A stretch of 64,000 nt of DNA from Octopus vulgaris (GCA_951406725.2 OX597823.1:110236001-110300000), one strand, 5' to 3'; shown: positions 1 through 13,654, counted from the first letter of the stretch. The notes: generated from the letters alone by a model not told the origin. Numbers and translations are program-made.

Positions 1-191
1 ACATATGTACATACATCGATACATCGATACTTACATACATGCATGCATACTTGCATACATACATACATAAATACATACATGCATGCATTCATACATACAT
101 ACATGCATGCATGCATACATACATGCATACATACATACATACATACATACATACATACATACATACATACATACATACATACATACATACA
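1..191. repeat. (CATA)n/(TACA)n microsatellite
   Basis: Tandem tetranucleotide repeat visible directly. Confidence 0.95.
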
Positions 192-239
192 TGATGGTTG
201 CCAACTCCATTTCGAGTAGAGCCATTGCCCGATTTCTTT

Positions 240-1497
240 ATGTCTTAGAATATCATCGATGAGCTGCACGAATACGGCTTTTGAAGCCTCCAAAGTCTTG
301 CATGCTTTGTGACAATTAGAGCAAGAAAACTTGGTAATTGTATAGTTTACAGCTCCATGAACTTTGCTATGCCTTTTCAAACCACTTTTTGATCTGCATA
401 CTTTATGACAGAGTATTCATTCGAAATCATCTGTCCGTCTATAACCATTGTGCAGTTGGGCAACGTGTGATTTCATTTGGCTCTTTAGCCCAGCCTTACT
501 TAGACAAATCTTTCTATATTCATCACATGTAAGATCATCACGTTCATTAATGTTTGTCATAACATCATTCCTGTCAATTTTCCTCATATTTTTTTCTTTT
601 GTTCTTTGCATCCTCCATTCTCTCCCTTTCAAAGTCATTTTTGCCTTCATACACAACCCTTTTCCATTTTTCTCGGCAATGCGCTAAATCTTCCCAATTG
701 TCAATTGTAACATTTATCTTATTCAATCCCGACTTCAGACAATCTCTGTACCTCGTATTTGGTTTGTGGGACGGACGCTTACCAGTCACTAATTCTCCGT
801 AAAAAAACGTTGTTTAGGCATTCTGTTATCTGTCATTCTGACTAAGTGCCCACTCCATCTCAATCTGCACTGCAATAGCAAAGCTTCAATACTGAATCCT
901 TTCCCTCTTTCAAGCACTTCATCCTCACTCACGAACATTTTCCAGATGATCCTGGAAATCCTTCTGAGACATTGTTGATGAAAACGTTCCATAAGTTTTA
1001 AGTGCTTACGATACACACCCCAGGTTTCGCAAGCATACGACAAAGAGGTTAATATACATATATTGTATACCTTAATCTTTGTCGCAGTGGAAACACCGTG
1101 TCTAGACCATAAGTGGTCTTCCAGTTTGTCAAAAACAAAACTGGCTTTCTGAATGCGTAGTGATACTTCATCATCATGTGTTTAGTGTGCTCCCCAAGTA
1201 AACAAACTTAGAAACCACAGCAAGTTTTCTTCCATACACGAACATACCAGGTTCTATGTATGGTATTCTTGGAGTTGGATGAAACACGACAACAGTTTTG
1301 GTTGGATTTATGGTTAAGCCTAGTGCCTCACAAGCCATTGAAATTGCATTCATAAGATTTAGCATGTCCTCTTCAGTATGAGTGACAATATGACATCATC
1401 CGCATAGAGAAGATCTCTAATAAAAGTTGGGGGCGTTCTTGCCTTAGCTGACAGTCTTCCGATGTTAAATATTTTTCCTGTTGTGCGATATCTGATA
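240..1497 (-). mobile_element. 5'-truncated, decayed RTE-clade LINE (RT C-terminal part plus C-terminal Zn fingers)
   Basis: Minus-strand translation gives YIRYRTTGKIFNIGRLSAK..IRDLLYADD (YADD at 1395-1406), GLTINPTKT..FVYLGSTL, YACETW..FHQQCLRRI..RLRWSGHLVRM and WEDLAHCREKWK, then C2H2-like CDEYRKICLSKAGLKSQMKSH and CSNCHKAC. Several frameshifts and stops. Confidence 0.92.
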
Positions 1498-1520
1498 TAT
1501 ATATATATATATATATATAT

Positions 1521-1637
1521 TGGCCTGCTCGCTTAGCCAGCGAGGTGGCGTCATTTTAAGGCTGAATCAATGCGAAGCACATTGTGACCAGCGATGTGTA
1601 GCAACATCTGATAGCCTGGCCGGTCACGGTGATCACG

Positions 1638-1640
<3 letters not shown>
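1521..1640 (+). mobile_element. Interspersed repeat, probably the 3' tail of a tRNA-derived SINE, inserted in a (TA)n tract
   Basis: A second copy lies in reverse orientation at ~43405-43500 (ATCAC..GACC..TATCAGATGTT..ACACATCGC.GGTC.CAATG). Flanked by (TA)n on both sides. Confidence 0.65.
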
Positions 1641-1695
<55 letters not shown>

Positions 1696-2318
1696 TTACT
1701 ATGAAGGCATATATATCAGATATCGCACAGCAGGAAAATACATACATACTTACGCATTTGTACGTATATATGTATGCAGATGCATGAATGCATACACACA
1801 TTCATACAGACATATACATACATGCATAAGTGATTTGTTGGGCCTCTATGCAGTCGTTCCACCTGGTAGATGATATCTCTTCCTGAAAACGCACTCTTCC
1901 GTATTAGAAAAGAGCAAAATGTATAAGTTAACAGGACGATAAATATCTCAAAAACTAGAGAATGGTCAACGATGAAATACTTTTCATCAACGTTGTTCTC
2001 AAGTAGACAGCAGCAACAGCAATAGTAACGACAATAAGAAAGGCTCCGCTACCATCAACAACAGCAGCAAACTGAGATGGATCGAAACAAAACCATTGAC
2101 AGACTACGACAACAGAACTGTCAAGTAGCTACAATTGTTAGGTTCGAAGGGTAGAACAATTTCTCAATCAACCACCTACACTGAAAAGTAAGGTCAACTT
2201 CCAGTGATGTATGACAGCTGTATAATATTCTGAAATGACTCATAAAAATGCAAAGTGTAATATTTAAATGATGCACTACTAACCAATTATCTCCTTTCAT
2301 AATGTTCGTTCATATATG

Positions 2319-2376
<58 letters not shown>

Positions 2377-3721
2377 TATATATATACATACATACATACA
2401 TATATACATACATACATACATACATATATATACATACATACATATACACACGAGTGTGTGTGTGTGTGTGTGTATGTGTGTGTGTATGTGTGTGTGTGTG
2501 TGCGCGTGCGGCTCTGCAAGTCTGAAGCTTACATGTTTTCACATTTGTCATACGTGATGAATTTGTACAAGATACAGATGTCGAATGTAACTACCGATGT
2601 TTTCATACATGTCGAAATTATCTAAAGATGTCAGAAGGCTATTTATTGCCTGAACTACATTGATATGAAAGGTCGCTAGCGAACACTTTATGCAACACAG
2701 TACCCCATATGTCATACCAATATTTCGCGACAATTTTGACAGCACAATTGTGAGACAATGTAAGCACTCGAAGTTTAGGATTTCTTGTCACTGGATATAG
2801 TGACACATCGTTTATTGTAATGTAGATAAACCTTTAAGCAATATGATAGAGATAAGAAGGTAAATTAATTGGTTTGATAATTTTATATGAATAATGATAT
2901 TTCTATATTATAACACTTAAAGTAATTGGTAAATATCCACCAGATGCTGCTATATTTCCTGCAACTATTGATAAAATAAATACCTTTCTTAACTAGAATG
3001 TCTACAATTCCGTCAAAAGTCACTAGAAATTAAAATAAATTAAAATTTCCTTTAGATATACTTTCATCATGGGTTATTCCCACTTCAATGAATATTACTA
3101 AAAGGCGCTTTCATGAAGATACAATTGGCAACAACTAAAATTACCCAGTCTTGTATCAACAGTTGCTGGTTTCTCTTACCCATAAGCATTGGCAGTTTGT
3201 CATTTTTTTTTTTTTCATTTTTAAAAATGTTAAGCTTTGTTAGATTCCGCCTATATAAACTAAAGTCTGTTTACAAGAAATTTCAGGAATTATTTTGAGT
3301 GCACGATGACGCTTGAAAATTGTTTTAAAATATGATTCCATTCAGTCGATTATTAAAGTCAGAGCACCACGCTGTACAAGCTCGTCATTCATATCTAAAA
3401 CACTGAACACTTTTATCGAAAATGTTGATTTAAGATGTTGATACAGAGGTGTATCATTCACGATTCGTTCATAAAGGGAATCACGTCTGCACCAGACTAC
3501 TGATAAAGAAAATTCAAGCTTATAGAAGAACTACAAGAGATTATTAGGCTATGATTCTGCTTATCAAAACCGTTTAGTAGGCCCCGACGAAAGAGCAATT
3601 CAAGAATTTTTGAATTCTCAAACAAATCGGACCACTTAAATTTGGTTCGATTTGTGCCAGAGTTCAAAAATTTGTAAAGCCGCACTTTGTTAACTTTGTA
3701 TGTACAGGAATTTTCTACGAC

Positions 3722-3953
3722 GGCGGCAAGCTGGCAGAAATGTTAGCACGCCGGGCGAAATGCTTAGCAGTATTTCGTCTACCGTTACGTTCTCAGTTCA
3801 AATTCCGCCGAGATCGACTTTGCCTTTCATCCTTTCGGGGTCGTATAAATTAAGTACGAGTTACGCACTTGGGGTCGATGTAATCGACTTAATCCATTTG
3901 TCTGCCCTTGTTTGTCCTCTCTACGTTTAGCCCTTGTGTGCAATAAAGAAATA
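3722..3953 (+). mobile_element. SINE family B (tRNA-derived head GGCGGCAAGCTGGCAGAA..), full length with 16-bp TSD
   Basis: A-box/B-box-like head (TGGCAGAAATG, GTTCAAATTCC). Perfect TSD AGGAATTTTCTACGAC at 3706-3721 and 3954-3969. At least 7 related copies in the window. Confidence 0.92.
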
Positions 3954-5156
3954 AGGAATTTTCTACGACATATTTGAACTAAATATGCAACACTATTCGT
4001 TTCAAATCTGAGTAAAACAGACATTTTAGAGGTTCCTAATTCCTCGGAAAAACCAGTGCGTTTTCTATTGTTTTTACAAGAATTATATGCATATCTTCCA
4101 AATGATGATCTCCGAGAGAGCTCTTTGATAAAAGCAGTTTCAAAGATTTCATCTCAGAATTAGGTGTGTGTATTCCAAAGTTGGCGATCAAACATTATAA
4201 CGTTGTGATATTGATGTCTTCAGTTAATTTCACTACGCCAGTCAATCTGAAAATAAAATTTTCGATGAGAAGGAATATACAACTCTGTGAATAAGTTGAG
4301 ACAAAGTGATTCGCTCTGATGAACAGGGTAAAGGGTCATCTCTCTTTGACCAGAAAGGTTTTGTCAAGGTGCTTCATAAGTAATACAGCGACAATTCGAG
4401 CCATGAAATAAAAACACTATTATCCTCACTTTCGAAGCGGTAAGAAAATTAGCACCGTTATAACGAGAATGCTTCAACTATAAGTAACATTGTTTTTGAA
4501 AATTACCTTGACTTAATGAAAATGCTATGAAATATTCAATTGTCTGAGAATTTTATGCCGAATCGTTCTATTTCCATTGCAAGACATCGTTACACTTAAA
4601 TATTATAGTTACACTTAAGTAATATGAGTAAAATTATGTATCGGTACACTCAATTAGTACTTTTGTACTGAGAAATCTAAAATAATTTGATATAATTCTT
4701 TGGAGGTATTTTTATCAATTTCTTCCAGAAGGCTGTAATAATTTCTTGTAATTAATGCTGCAGTATGTTTAAAATAGAAGTTGCTATTGAATCTCTGAGA
4801 TTCAGAATTTATGGTTTGCAACATCTAATATACATGATCCTGTTATGTCTTCATTTTTGCATTTAGATGTCAGTTTACCCTTTAATAAATGAAGACCCAC
4901 TTAAATTAATTTTTGCCTTAGATTATTTACATTTCAAATGGTTAATGTGTTATTTAAAAATTGAAAACTGCATTGTGACTCATGCTCGATCGAACGATTT
5001 GTAGCATGTGATTATTCGTAACATCTACTGGCACCATATTTGCTATTTGCAGATTTCATTTGTATTTCAAGAAATGAATCTGAAATGGAAACACCAGTCG
5101 AAGAATATATGCCTCCATAATGTATGTCATTCACAAATGTTCATTTATGGAATATA

Positions 5157-5368
5157 TTTTTTTTTACTTGTTTCAGTCATTTGACTGCGGCCATGCTGGA
5201 GCACCACCTTTAATCGAGCAACTCGACCCCGGAACTTATTCTTTTGTAAGCCCAGTACTTATTCTATCGGTCTCTTTTGCCGAACCTCTAAGTAACGGGA
5301 ATATAAACACACCAGCATCGGTTGTCAAGCAATGCTAGGGGACAAACACAGACACACAAACACACACA

Positions 5369-5430
<62 letters not shown>

Positions 5431-5595
5431 TACGACGGACTTCTTTCAGTTTCCGTCTACCAAATCCACTCACAAGGCTTTGGTCGGCCCGAGGCTATAG
5501 TAGAAGACACTTGCCCAAGATGCCACGCAGTGGGACTGAACCCGGAACCATGTGGTTGGTAGACAAGTTACTTACCACACAGCCACTCCTGCGCC
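5157..5595 (-). mobile_element. SINE family A (head GGCGCAGGAGTGGCTGTGTGGTAAG, internal (TA)n/(TG)n tract)
   Basis: Near-identical copies at 13060-13452 (+) and 41188-41598 (-). tRNA-like head with GGTTCAGTCCC B-box. Confidence 0.92.
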
Positions 5596-6634
5596 GTATA
5601 TATATTTGCTTAGTAGTACATCTGCTGATGCTACTCCGACGGAAGTAATGATTGATGGGCCTGAAACGCAGACACTTCTTTCGTCTCACATGAAACAACT
5701 TTAAATCTTATTTATCGTCATTCCTTTATTCGATTCTACCTCTTTTGCAGCGAACTAACATGGAAGACTCTTCATAATCTTTTTACCTGCTAGAAATAAA
5801 ACCAAGCCTCCATTAACCTATCCCCGCCCTCTGAAAAAGAAAAGACAGGGCAGACAATATAATCCTAGATGTAACAGAGATGCATTGGTCACAACTGGAA
5901 CGTCTTTGATCATAGGTTTATTTGATCAGACCTGACATGCGGCTACATAATAGATCAACTTGCATTATATACCCATCAATCTGATATACCTCGGTATCCA
6001 TCTGCTTTATATATTGTGTCAATCGGTCCTATGTTCCCTTTGTTTCTGCTATATAACTTCAACATACCTTCCGCGTAAATTTCTTACTGAAATGTTTCGT
6101 ATCTGTACTCATCTATCTTTCATGTATCTGTTCTAAGTTTTCCCATCTCCACAGAGTTTATCTTCTCTATCAATCTATCGTGTGTCATGTTATTTACCAG
6201 CTTTGTACTCCGCGTACAGCTAGTCTGGCCCCGCCATCTATAAATACCTAATAATTACATTCTGAAGATATTGTATTGTTTCACTTTTGAATTCTGTATA
6301 AACAAATAGGGCTGAAAGACCCGCCTGGAAAGCTCATGATCCGATGGCGTCTGTGTTTTAGTGGTACGCACACTTTATTCTATCTTATCATAGATTTAGT
6401 TACCATATTTTACGGTTAGATCGTAAATGCTGTGATTGTATACTTACGAAAGAGGAACAATAGGACAAAAATTACACGAGCCACACATTTTGAAGAAAAT
6501 GAAAACCACTTAATACCAGCATCTAAAGTAGACCTTGCTTGTATTTGTATCAGCTGAATGCTATGCTATGATTACTTACAAAAATGCCACGCTTTTATCT
6601 TTTATAAATAATGTTAAAAACATTAAATAGATTA

Positions 6635-6680
<46 letters not shown>

Positions 6681-6858
6681 ATGATATAATGGAGTATCTC
6701 TAATTCATATTTTATATATATATATATGAAATAGAATGCAATGAAAAGAATTACAGATTTGTGTTATATGGTTAAAAGATATATTAAAATCGTTATGTTA
6801 GGAAAATGTTATAAACTTTTGTGCATAGTGACATTGTTTTTGGAGAAATAACAGGTTT

Positions 6859-6920
<62 letters not shown>

Positions 6921-6922
6921 CA

Positions 6923-7002
<80 letters not shown>

Positions 7003-7028
7003 GTTTAAATATTTGTTGTGCAAGATTT

Positions 7029-7358
7029 TTTCGGAATGGTCAAATTGCCAGTTTAGCCAATAAAAACACACGCACTATATATTTGGTGTTATTTTGCTTC
7101 AGTGATATTTATTTTTTACATTAATCTGAATCTTATTTCGGCCAAATACAAAATGGCTGACGGTTAGTAAGGAGAGACACAAGTAAGTGAGAAGAAAACA
7201 AAGGACCACTGATGCGGTCACAGGAGTGTGACGAAAGAACTTTGGCCGAAATAAGATTAAGATTAATGTAAAAAATAAATATCACTGAAGCAAAATAACA
7301 CCAAATATATAGTGCGTGTGTTTTTATTGGCTAAACTGGCAATATGACCATTCCGAAA
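7029..7358. repeat. 118-bp near-perfect inverted repeat (7029-7146 / 7241-7358) with a hammerhead-like motif at the spacer
   Basis: The arms are reverse complements with 2 mismatches. The spacer carries CTGATGC-G-GTCACA-GGAG-TGTGAC-GAAAG-AA-CTT (7209-7242). Confidence 0.85.
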
Positions 7359-7361
7359 TAT

Positions 7362-7401
<40 letters not shown>

Positions 7402-7853
7402 GTATTATTTGGTAACAGACTACTTAGGCTAGTAGAACGAATCTAGTTCATCAAGTGTGTGGAGAACAAGTGCCACGGAATGAGAGAAATTCAAGTTGGG
7501 AACTAAGTCCAACTGCTATTAAATGATAGATATAACTCCTACAAAACGCGTTGAGTGTCAATTTGCTCTGTGTGTCCACACATTCGTATGGTGAACTCTG
7601 TGATTTTTTTCGGTCGCGTAATGTTACACATAAATGGCAGATGCGTTTGACGATTTGGTAAGTCTTCGTTATGTAATTTGCATTATGCCAAAAATAATTA
7701 TCTTATATTATCAATGCATGATCTTTCATATTTCGTTTTAATTTCGACATATATTCAGTAACACAGTAGGTCTTTCATAACAAAGGATACGACTATAAAA
7801 CTCAAGAAGTCTTGTTATTTCTCTCACAGTTTTAACAATTTTAAGTCTAAATT

Positions 7854-8226
7854 GCTGTGTGTTAAGAAGCTGGCTTCCCAACCACATGGATCCTGGTTCA
7901 GTCCCACTATATGGCACATTGAGCAAGTGTCTTCTACTATAGCTACGGGTCAAGCAAAGCTTTGTGAGTGGATTTGGTGGATTTGGTAGACGGAAACTGA
8001 AAGAAGCCAGTCGTTGGTCTCTGTTTGTCTCCCCACCATTGTTTGACAACCGATGTTGGTGTGTTTGCCTCTCCGTAACTTAGCAATTCGCCAAAAGACC
8101 TCGATAGAATAACTAACAGGCTTACAAAGAATAAGTCCTGGATCGATTTGGTCGATTAAAAGTGATGCTCCACCATGGCTGCAGTCAGTTAAACGACTGA
8201 AACAAATAAAAGAAAGAATAGAAGAA
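7854..8226 (+). mobile_element. SINE family A, diverged copy
   Basis: Homologous to 13060-13452 (CCACATGG..GGTTCAGTCCCACT..GGATTTGGTAGACGGAAACTGAAAGAAGCC..ACTGAAACAA). Confidence 0.88.
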
Positions 8227-8564
8227 TATATATATATTTATATACACGCCAGATCAATTTAATTCGTCCTTGGTCGAAAGACACCTGTTGTTATGTCCAG
8301 TTATTTGTATTTGTGTAACTTACTCCGTTTTTTCCCGTCCTTCTTTTTGTATACATTCGCTGCTTTCTTCCAAGGAATCTAATGCTCTTAGCTTAGTTTT
8401 TTCTTGGGTCTGTCTAACAGTATATTCGCTCTCTGTCTCACGCTCTCTCTCCCTCCTCTTTTTATTCCTTTATAAACATACATGTGTCATGCATATACAT
8501 ACACACACATACATACGAGTACATGCATATATATATACACACACATATATATATACATGCTTAT

Positions 8565-8612
<48 letters not shown>

Positions 8613-8616
8613 ATAA

Positions 8617-8686
<70 letters not shown>

Positions 8687-9152
8687 GTATTGTCATTAAT
8701 TTTCTACATAGTTTGTATATCCCGTGATCAGAATCTGAACCTGCCGTTACCATAGTAACTGATCCTTATCCCAATTTGAGTTTTTTTCATCCTTAGCACA
8801 CTTGGACAGTGTCCATCTCATTAATTAAATCATCTTACAATTTCTGCTTTGACCATTGATATCATCCTCAAGAGATATGTGTCGTGTTTGGGGCGGTGGA
8901 TCCGCATAGTATGGATGGTGTGACTATGAGTTTTCGAGAGCTTGTTTTATTGCCGTTGGTGGTGGCGGTGGGGGATCTTAGTGGTGTTGGAATTGGTTGT
9001 ATTAGTAGTGATGATGAGAATTTTGTGGAATCGATGCTCGTAGCCAATGTTGGATAATAGCGGTGGAGCGGTGAATTTTATTTCAGTGATGGTAGTTATA
9101 GTGTTGTTGTTGTCTTCTAATCCTCCTCCTCCTCCTCCTCCTCCTCCTCCTC

Positions 9153-9655
9153 ATTCTTCTTCTTCTTCTTCTTCTTCTTCTTCTTCTTCTTCTTCTTCTT
9201 CTTCTTCTTCTTCTTCTTCTTCTTCTTCTCCTCCTTCCAATCAGGCCCCACGCCATTAGCCACACAAAATAATCTCTAATTCGAGCCTACTCTAAGCTAC
9301 AAAGAATGCGTCTGGCAACTTGAAGATCCACCCACCACATGCGATAGACTGGCGGTTGCACGGGCACGAAAGCTACGTTGTTATCCTCATTCCGTAAACG
9401 GTGGATCTTAACGGGTGGGGAGTTGAACCATCCGGGGGTACAGAGAATTCGCAATCTAGACTAGGGTCTGAAAGTTTACCACACCATAGTGGGTTACACT
9501 ATGGCAGAAGTAGGAAGAAAGAGTGAGAGAAAGTTGTGGTGTAAGAGGTTAGGTGTTTTTGCTCAATAAACCCTCACAATGCCCGGTCTGGGAATCGAAA
9601 CCGCGTTCTTACAACCGCAAGTCCGTTGCCCTAACCACTGGGCCATTGCGCCTCC
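9153..9655 (-). mobile_element. SINE family C (tRNA-Arg-like head) with tail type 1 ending in (GAA)n
   Basis: The minus strand begins GGAGGCGCAATGGCCCAGTGGTTAGGGC, the same head as 12513 and 57267. It shares the core CAACTTTCTCTCACTCTTTC, then has a unique ~280-bp tail and (GAA)n (plus-strand (TTC)n at 9153-9228). Confidence 0.8.
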
Positions 9656-9793
9656 TAGTGTTGTTGATTAACACGAGTTCAGCTATGTTGATCAGGCCTA
9701 TGATTACACTTATTGCAGGCATAGTTTGTTTTCTTTCTCAATTAAGACTATGTCAGGCTTCCTATTCTCTATCTCATGGTTGCACTGAATCCT

Positions 9794-10046
<253 letters not shown>

Positions 10047-10067
10047 TGATTTGGAGCAAAGTCGTTG

Positions 10068-10331
10068 AGGTAGCATAATCGTTAGCACACCGGATAAATT
10101 GCTTACGGGCATTTCGTCCGTATTTTCATCTGAGTTCAAATTCCACCAAGGTCAACTCCTTTGTCTTTTACCCCTTCCGGGGGCGATAAGATAAGTAATA
10201 AAATAAGTAATTCAGTCGATGTAATCGACGTCCTCTCTTAGGCAACTACTTTCTTCTATAGTGCGGGTCAACCAAGGTCTCGTGAGTGAATTTGGTAAAC
10301 AGAATCTGAATGAAAAACGTCATATCTGTGC

Positions 10332-10365
<34 letters not shown>

Positions 10366-10845
10366 GCGTGTGATTTAGTGATCAGGATATTGCACCCATG
10401 ATCGTAAGAGTGCAATTAAAATTCCTGAACCGGGTAGGCGAAATGTTCTTGAAGAAATCACTTCATTTAATATTGGTCCAGTCCACACAACTTGCAAAAG
10501 GGAATAACATTTCGACTGACTGACATCCTATCCAGGTTGGTGGAAAATGCACGTCACAGAATCTCTGTATCGGCCATATGAGCCAGCGTGATCGCAGACT
10601 TTGGGCTAAAACGCATAAAAGAATATGTATGTGTATTTATATCTAAACATAGCAGTTTTCAGTGAAAGACATGACAATATTTAATTTGACACGCCGGTCT
10701 TCGCGTTTTGAGTTCAAATTCCGCCGAAGTCGACTTTACCTTTCATCCTTTGGAGGTCGATAAAATAAGTACCAACTTGGTACTGGGGTCGAATCAATCG
10801 AGCTGAACCCTCCCCGAGATTGCTGGCTTTGTGCCAAAGCTTGAT
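10068..10845 (+). mobile_element. Cluster of degenerate SINE fragments (family B at ~10068-10235 and ~10690-10845; family A fragment ~10240-10325; old tRNA-SINE ~10372-10610)
   Basis: GAGTTCAAATTCC(A/G)CC.A(A/G)GTC(G/A)AC motifs. The 10510-10590 segment (GACTGACTGACATCCTATCCAGG..TATGAGCCAG) resembles the tail of the 56966-57267 SINE. Confidence 0.7.
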
Positions 10846-11799
10846 TTGACATAAAATACAGCATGTTAAATCCAAGTTGAAACTAAGTAAAGAACACAGA
10901 TTATATGACTTATTGGAGTAAGTTATCTCATTTAGAGGATAAGTTTCTTTTCTAATAGTATGTTATATGTTAAAAATTAAACAAGTGCACCTAAAGAGAA
11001 AATTGAAATATTATTGATAATTATGTGTAATGATTAATATAAGAAATAAATTTAATATCTACAAACATCATTTAATACACCGGTGTTATATTTCAAGTGT
11101 TGCTACAGAGAGATTGGTTGCTAACAATAAAAATGAGTTTATGAAGCCCTAGAGAAATAGTAACAAAACAGGACGTGGTGTGTGTGAGGGGAGTTACTGT
11201 GACAAACTAGATATGAAAGTCATTGCTTAAGTAAATAAGATCTGAAAAAAATGTGGGTAAACAATGAATGACACTAATACGAGGAATCACACAGACATTG
11301 ATAGCCAAACATCAACACGAAACACACGTACACACAGAGGCAGGCAGGCAGACATATGCATACGCACACACACATACAAACACACACACACACACGCACA
11401 CATATAGAAATATATATTGTACAAATAGTAATAAACTCCAAACTAAATATAAGTTTCCCTTCCCGTGTTTGTAATGATATTTTTTTGTTTCGTATATCCA
11501 TGATTGGTAAAAATAAATCAAGGAATTTCATCTTCATAGTCGTTAGAGTTACATTATTGTTGCAAATAAATATATACATACATATATATACATCCTTTTA
11601 TATATATATATATATATATGCACACACACACACAGACGCACACATATATATGTATATATATATATATATATATACATACATATATTTATGTATATGTGCG
11701 TGGATGCACAGGGAGATGGATGAACATATGTATATGCGTATGCATGTATGTAATCTACACGCTCTTGTATGAGTACTTATGTGTATGTGTGCATCGATA

Positions 11800-11847
<48 letters not shown>

Positions 11848-12006
11848 TGTGTATGTGTACATATACATTAATATTTATATAGCTATATATATATGCATAT
11901 ATAAACATACATATTAGAAATACATATAAATATATACTTATATGTATATGAAATATAAAATAAATATAAATGTTTATATTATATATGGATCAATATACGC
12001 ATATAA

Positions 12007-12236
12007 GGCGGCAAGTTGGCAGAATAGTTAGCATGCCGAGCGAAATGCTAAGCGGTATTTCGTCCACCGGTACGTTCTGAGTTCAAATTTCGCCAAGGTC
12101 GACTTTGCCTTTCATCATTTCGAGGTCGATTAAATAAGTACAAGTTACGCACTGGAGACAATGTAATCGACTTAATCATTTTGCCTGTCTTTGTTTGTCC
12201 CCTCTGTGCCTAGTCCTCTGTGAGCAATAAAGAAAT
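12007..12236 (+). mobile_element. SINE family B, full length
   Basis: Colinear with 3722-3953; ends CAATAAAGAAATA. Confidence 0.9.
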
Positions 12237-12512
12237 ATATATTCTCATTCATATATATGCGCGCACATGTGTAAAAATACACACACATATATATGTATTT
12301 ATACATACATAAACACATACATACATACATACACATTAGGCGAAATACCAGAGACGCTAGAGCGACAGAGAAGACGTTCATTTGTTCGGAGACATAGAGA
12401 TTTGAGCTGAAGCATCGGCGAAATTTGTTTCGTTTTTCATCTCCACGTGAACGATGAAATATAGTCAAGACTTCGACTATAGTCTGACAGTGCTGGTAGA
12501 GCATCGGGTGCA

Positions 12513-12845
12513 GGAGGCGCAATGGCCCGATGGTTAGGGCAGCGGAATCGCGGTCGGAGGATCGTGGTTTCGGTTCCCAGGCCGGGCGTTGTGTGTGTTT
12601 ATTGAGCGAAAACACCTAAAGCTCCACGAGGCTCCGGGAGTGGTGGTGACCACTGTTGTACTCTTTCGCCCCAACTTTCTCTCACTTTTTCTTCCTGTTT
12701 CTTATCCCCGACTTCCTACGCAACTGCTGAGCCTGGATGCGCATTCATCCATCCGTCGATGCTCTCGGTGTCGGGGGGTGACCTGCTTTCTCTTCTGCGG
12801 GTCTTACGAATAGCAAAGGACTACGTTTCGGACTTCTCCTACTAC
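12513..12845 (+). mobile_element. SINE family C (tRNA-Arg-like head) with tail type 2
   Basis: A-box TGGCCCGATGG, B-box-like GGTTTCGGTTCC, shared core CAACTTTCTCTCACT, then a tail unrelated to the other two copies. The 3' end is approximate. Confidence 0.8.
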
Positions 12846-13059
12846 ACTCTGGGACGAAGACCACTTCGCTCAACAAGAAAACAAACAAACATCGGGCGCA
12901 ATGTTTCATGTTTTCTTCGGTTCTGCTCATCCTGACTAGAAGACATATATACATACATATATACATATATACAGAGAGAGAGAGAGAGGGGGAGAGATAT
13001 ATAAATAGAGAGAGAGGTAGGTAGATATAGATATAGTTATATGCATACACACATACATA

Positions 13060-13452
13060 GGCGTAGGAGCGGGTGTGTGGTAAGTAGCTTGCTTACGAAC
13101 CACATGGTTCCGGGTTCAGTCCCTGTGCGTGGTGCCTTGGGCAAGTGTCTTCTGATAATGTAAAAGCGCATAATGCATAAATTGTGATTTATGAATGTTG
13201 GTACACGGATATATGAAAGAAGCCAGTCGTATATATGTATATATATACGTACGTGTGTGTATATGTTTGTGTGTCTGTGTTTGTCCCCGCAACATCGCTT
13301 GACAACCGATGCTGGTGTATTTACGTCCGGTAGAACAAGTACTAGGCTTACACAGTATAAGTCCTGAGGTCGATTTGCTCGACTAAAGGCGGTGCTCCAG
13401 CATGGCCACAGTCAAATGACTGAAATAAGTAAAAGAGTAAAAGAGTAAAAGT
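13060..13452 (+). mobile_element. SINE family A (internally rearranged)
   Basis: Head GGCGTAGGAGCGGGTGTGTGGTAAGTAGC; tail GACTGAAATAAGTAAAAGAGTAAAAGAGT. Confidence 0.9.
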
Positions 13453-13454
13453 GT

Positions 13455-13650
13455 ATAGGGATTTTCATAGAAAAAAAGTACCTTTTATGTAAATAATTTT
13501 TGGTGTTAACATGGTCCGATTTGAATATTTTCTTCTACGAAAGGAAGAACAAGCCTTCTTCTATCATACTCTCAATTTTGGAGGAGATAGTGTTAGTTGA
13601 AGGCTACCAAACCTGCCATACACAGACAACTTCAGCTTTATATATATAGA
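13455..13650 (-). mobile_element. 5' part of a non-autonomous Helitron
   Basis: The minus strand starts A^TCTATATATATAAAGCTGAAGTTGTCTGTG, similar to the 5' end of the adjacent complete Helitron. The 3' CTAG end is not seen. Confidence 0.55.
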
Positions 13651-13654
13651 TATA

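Larger units (their letters stand above)
2090..6500 (-). pseudogene. TLR-like pseudogene 1 (LRRs, LRRCT, TM, TIR), interrupted by two SINEs
   Basis: Hand translation: hydrophobic N-terminus VARVIFVLLFLF (~6480). LRR remnants SMSHNAVFNF, NLRQ/INLSGSSF, CILDVANHKF, LEEIDKNTSKELYQIILDFS (4680-5000) and RNLTKLNIF (~3240). I.*SGNNP LRRCT start (~3085). GYLPITLSVII TM start (~2930). TIR-like YGVLCCI..INVVQAINS (2640-2710). Possible TIR tail at 2090-2280. Many stops and frameshifts. Confidence 0.62.

Noticed and set aside
12513-12590. Possible tRNA-Arg gene (also 57190-57267 and 9580-9655)
   Set aside because: The cloverleaf is imperfect and continues directly into a SINE core and tail; these are SINE heads.
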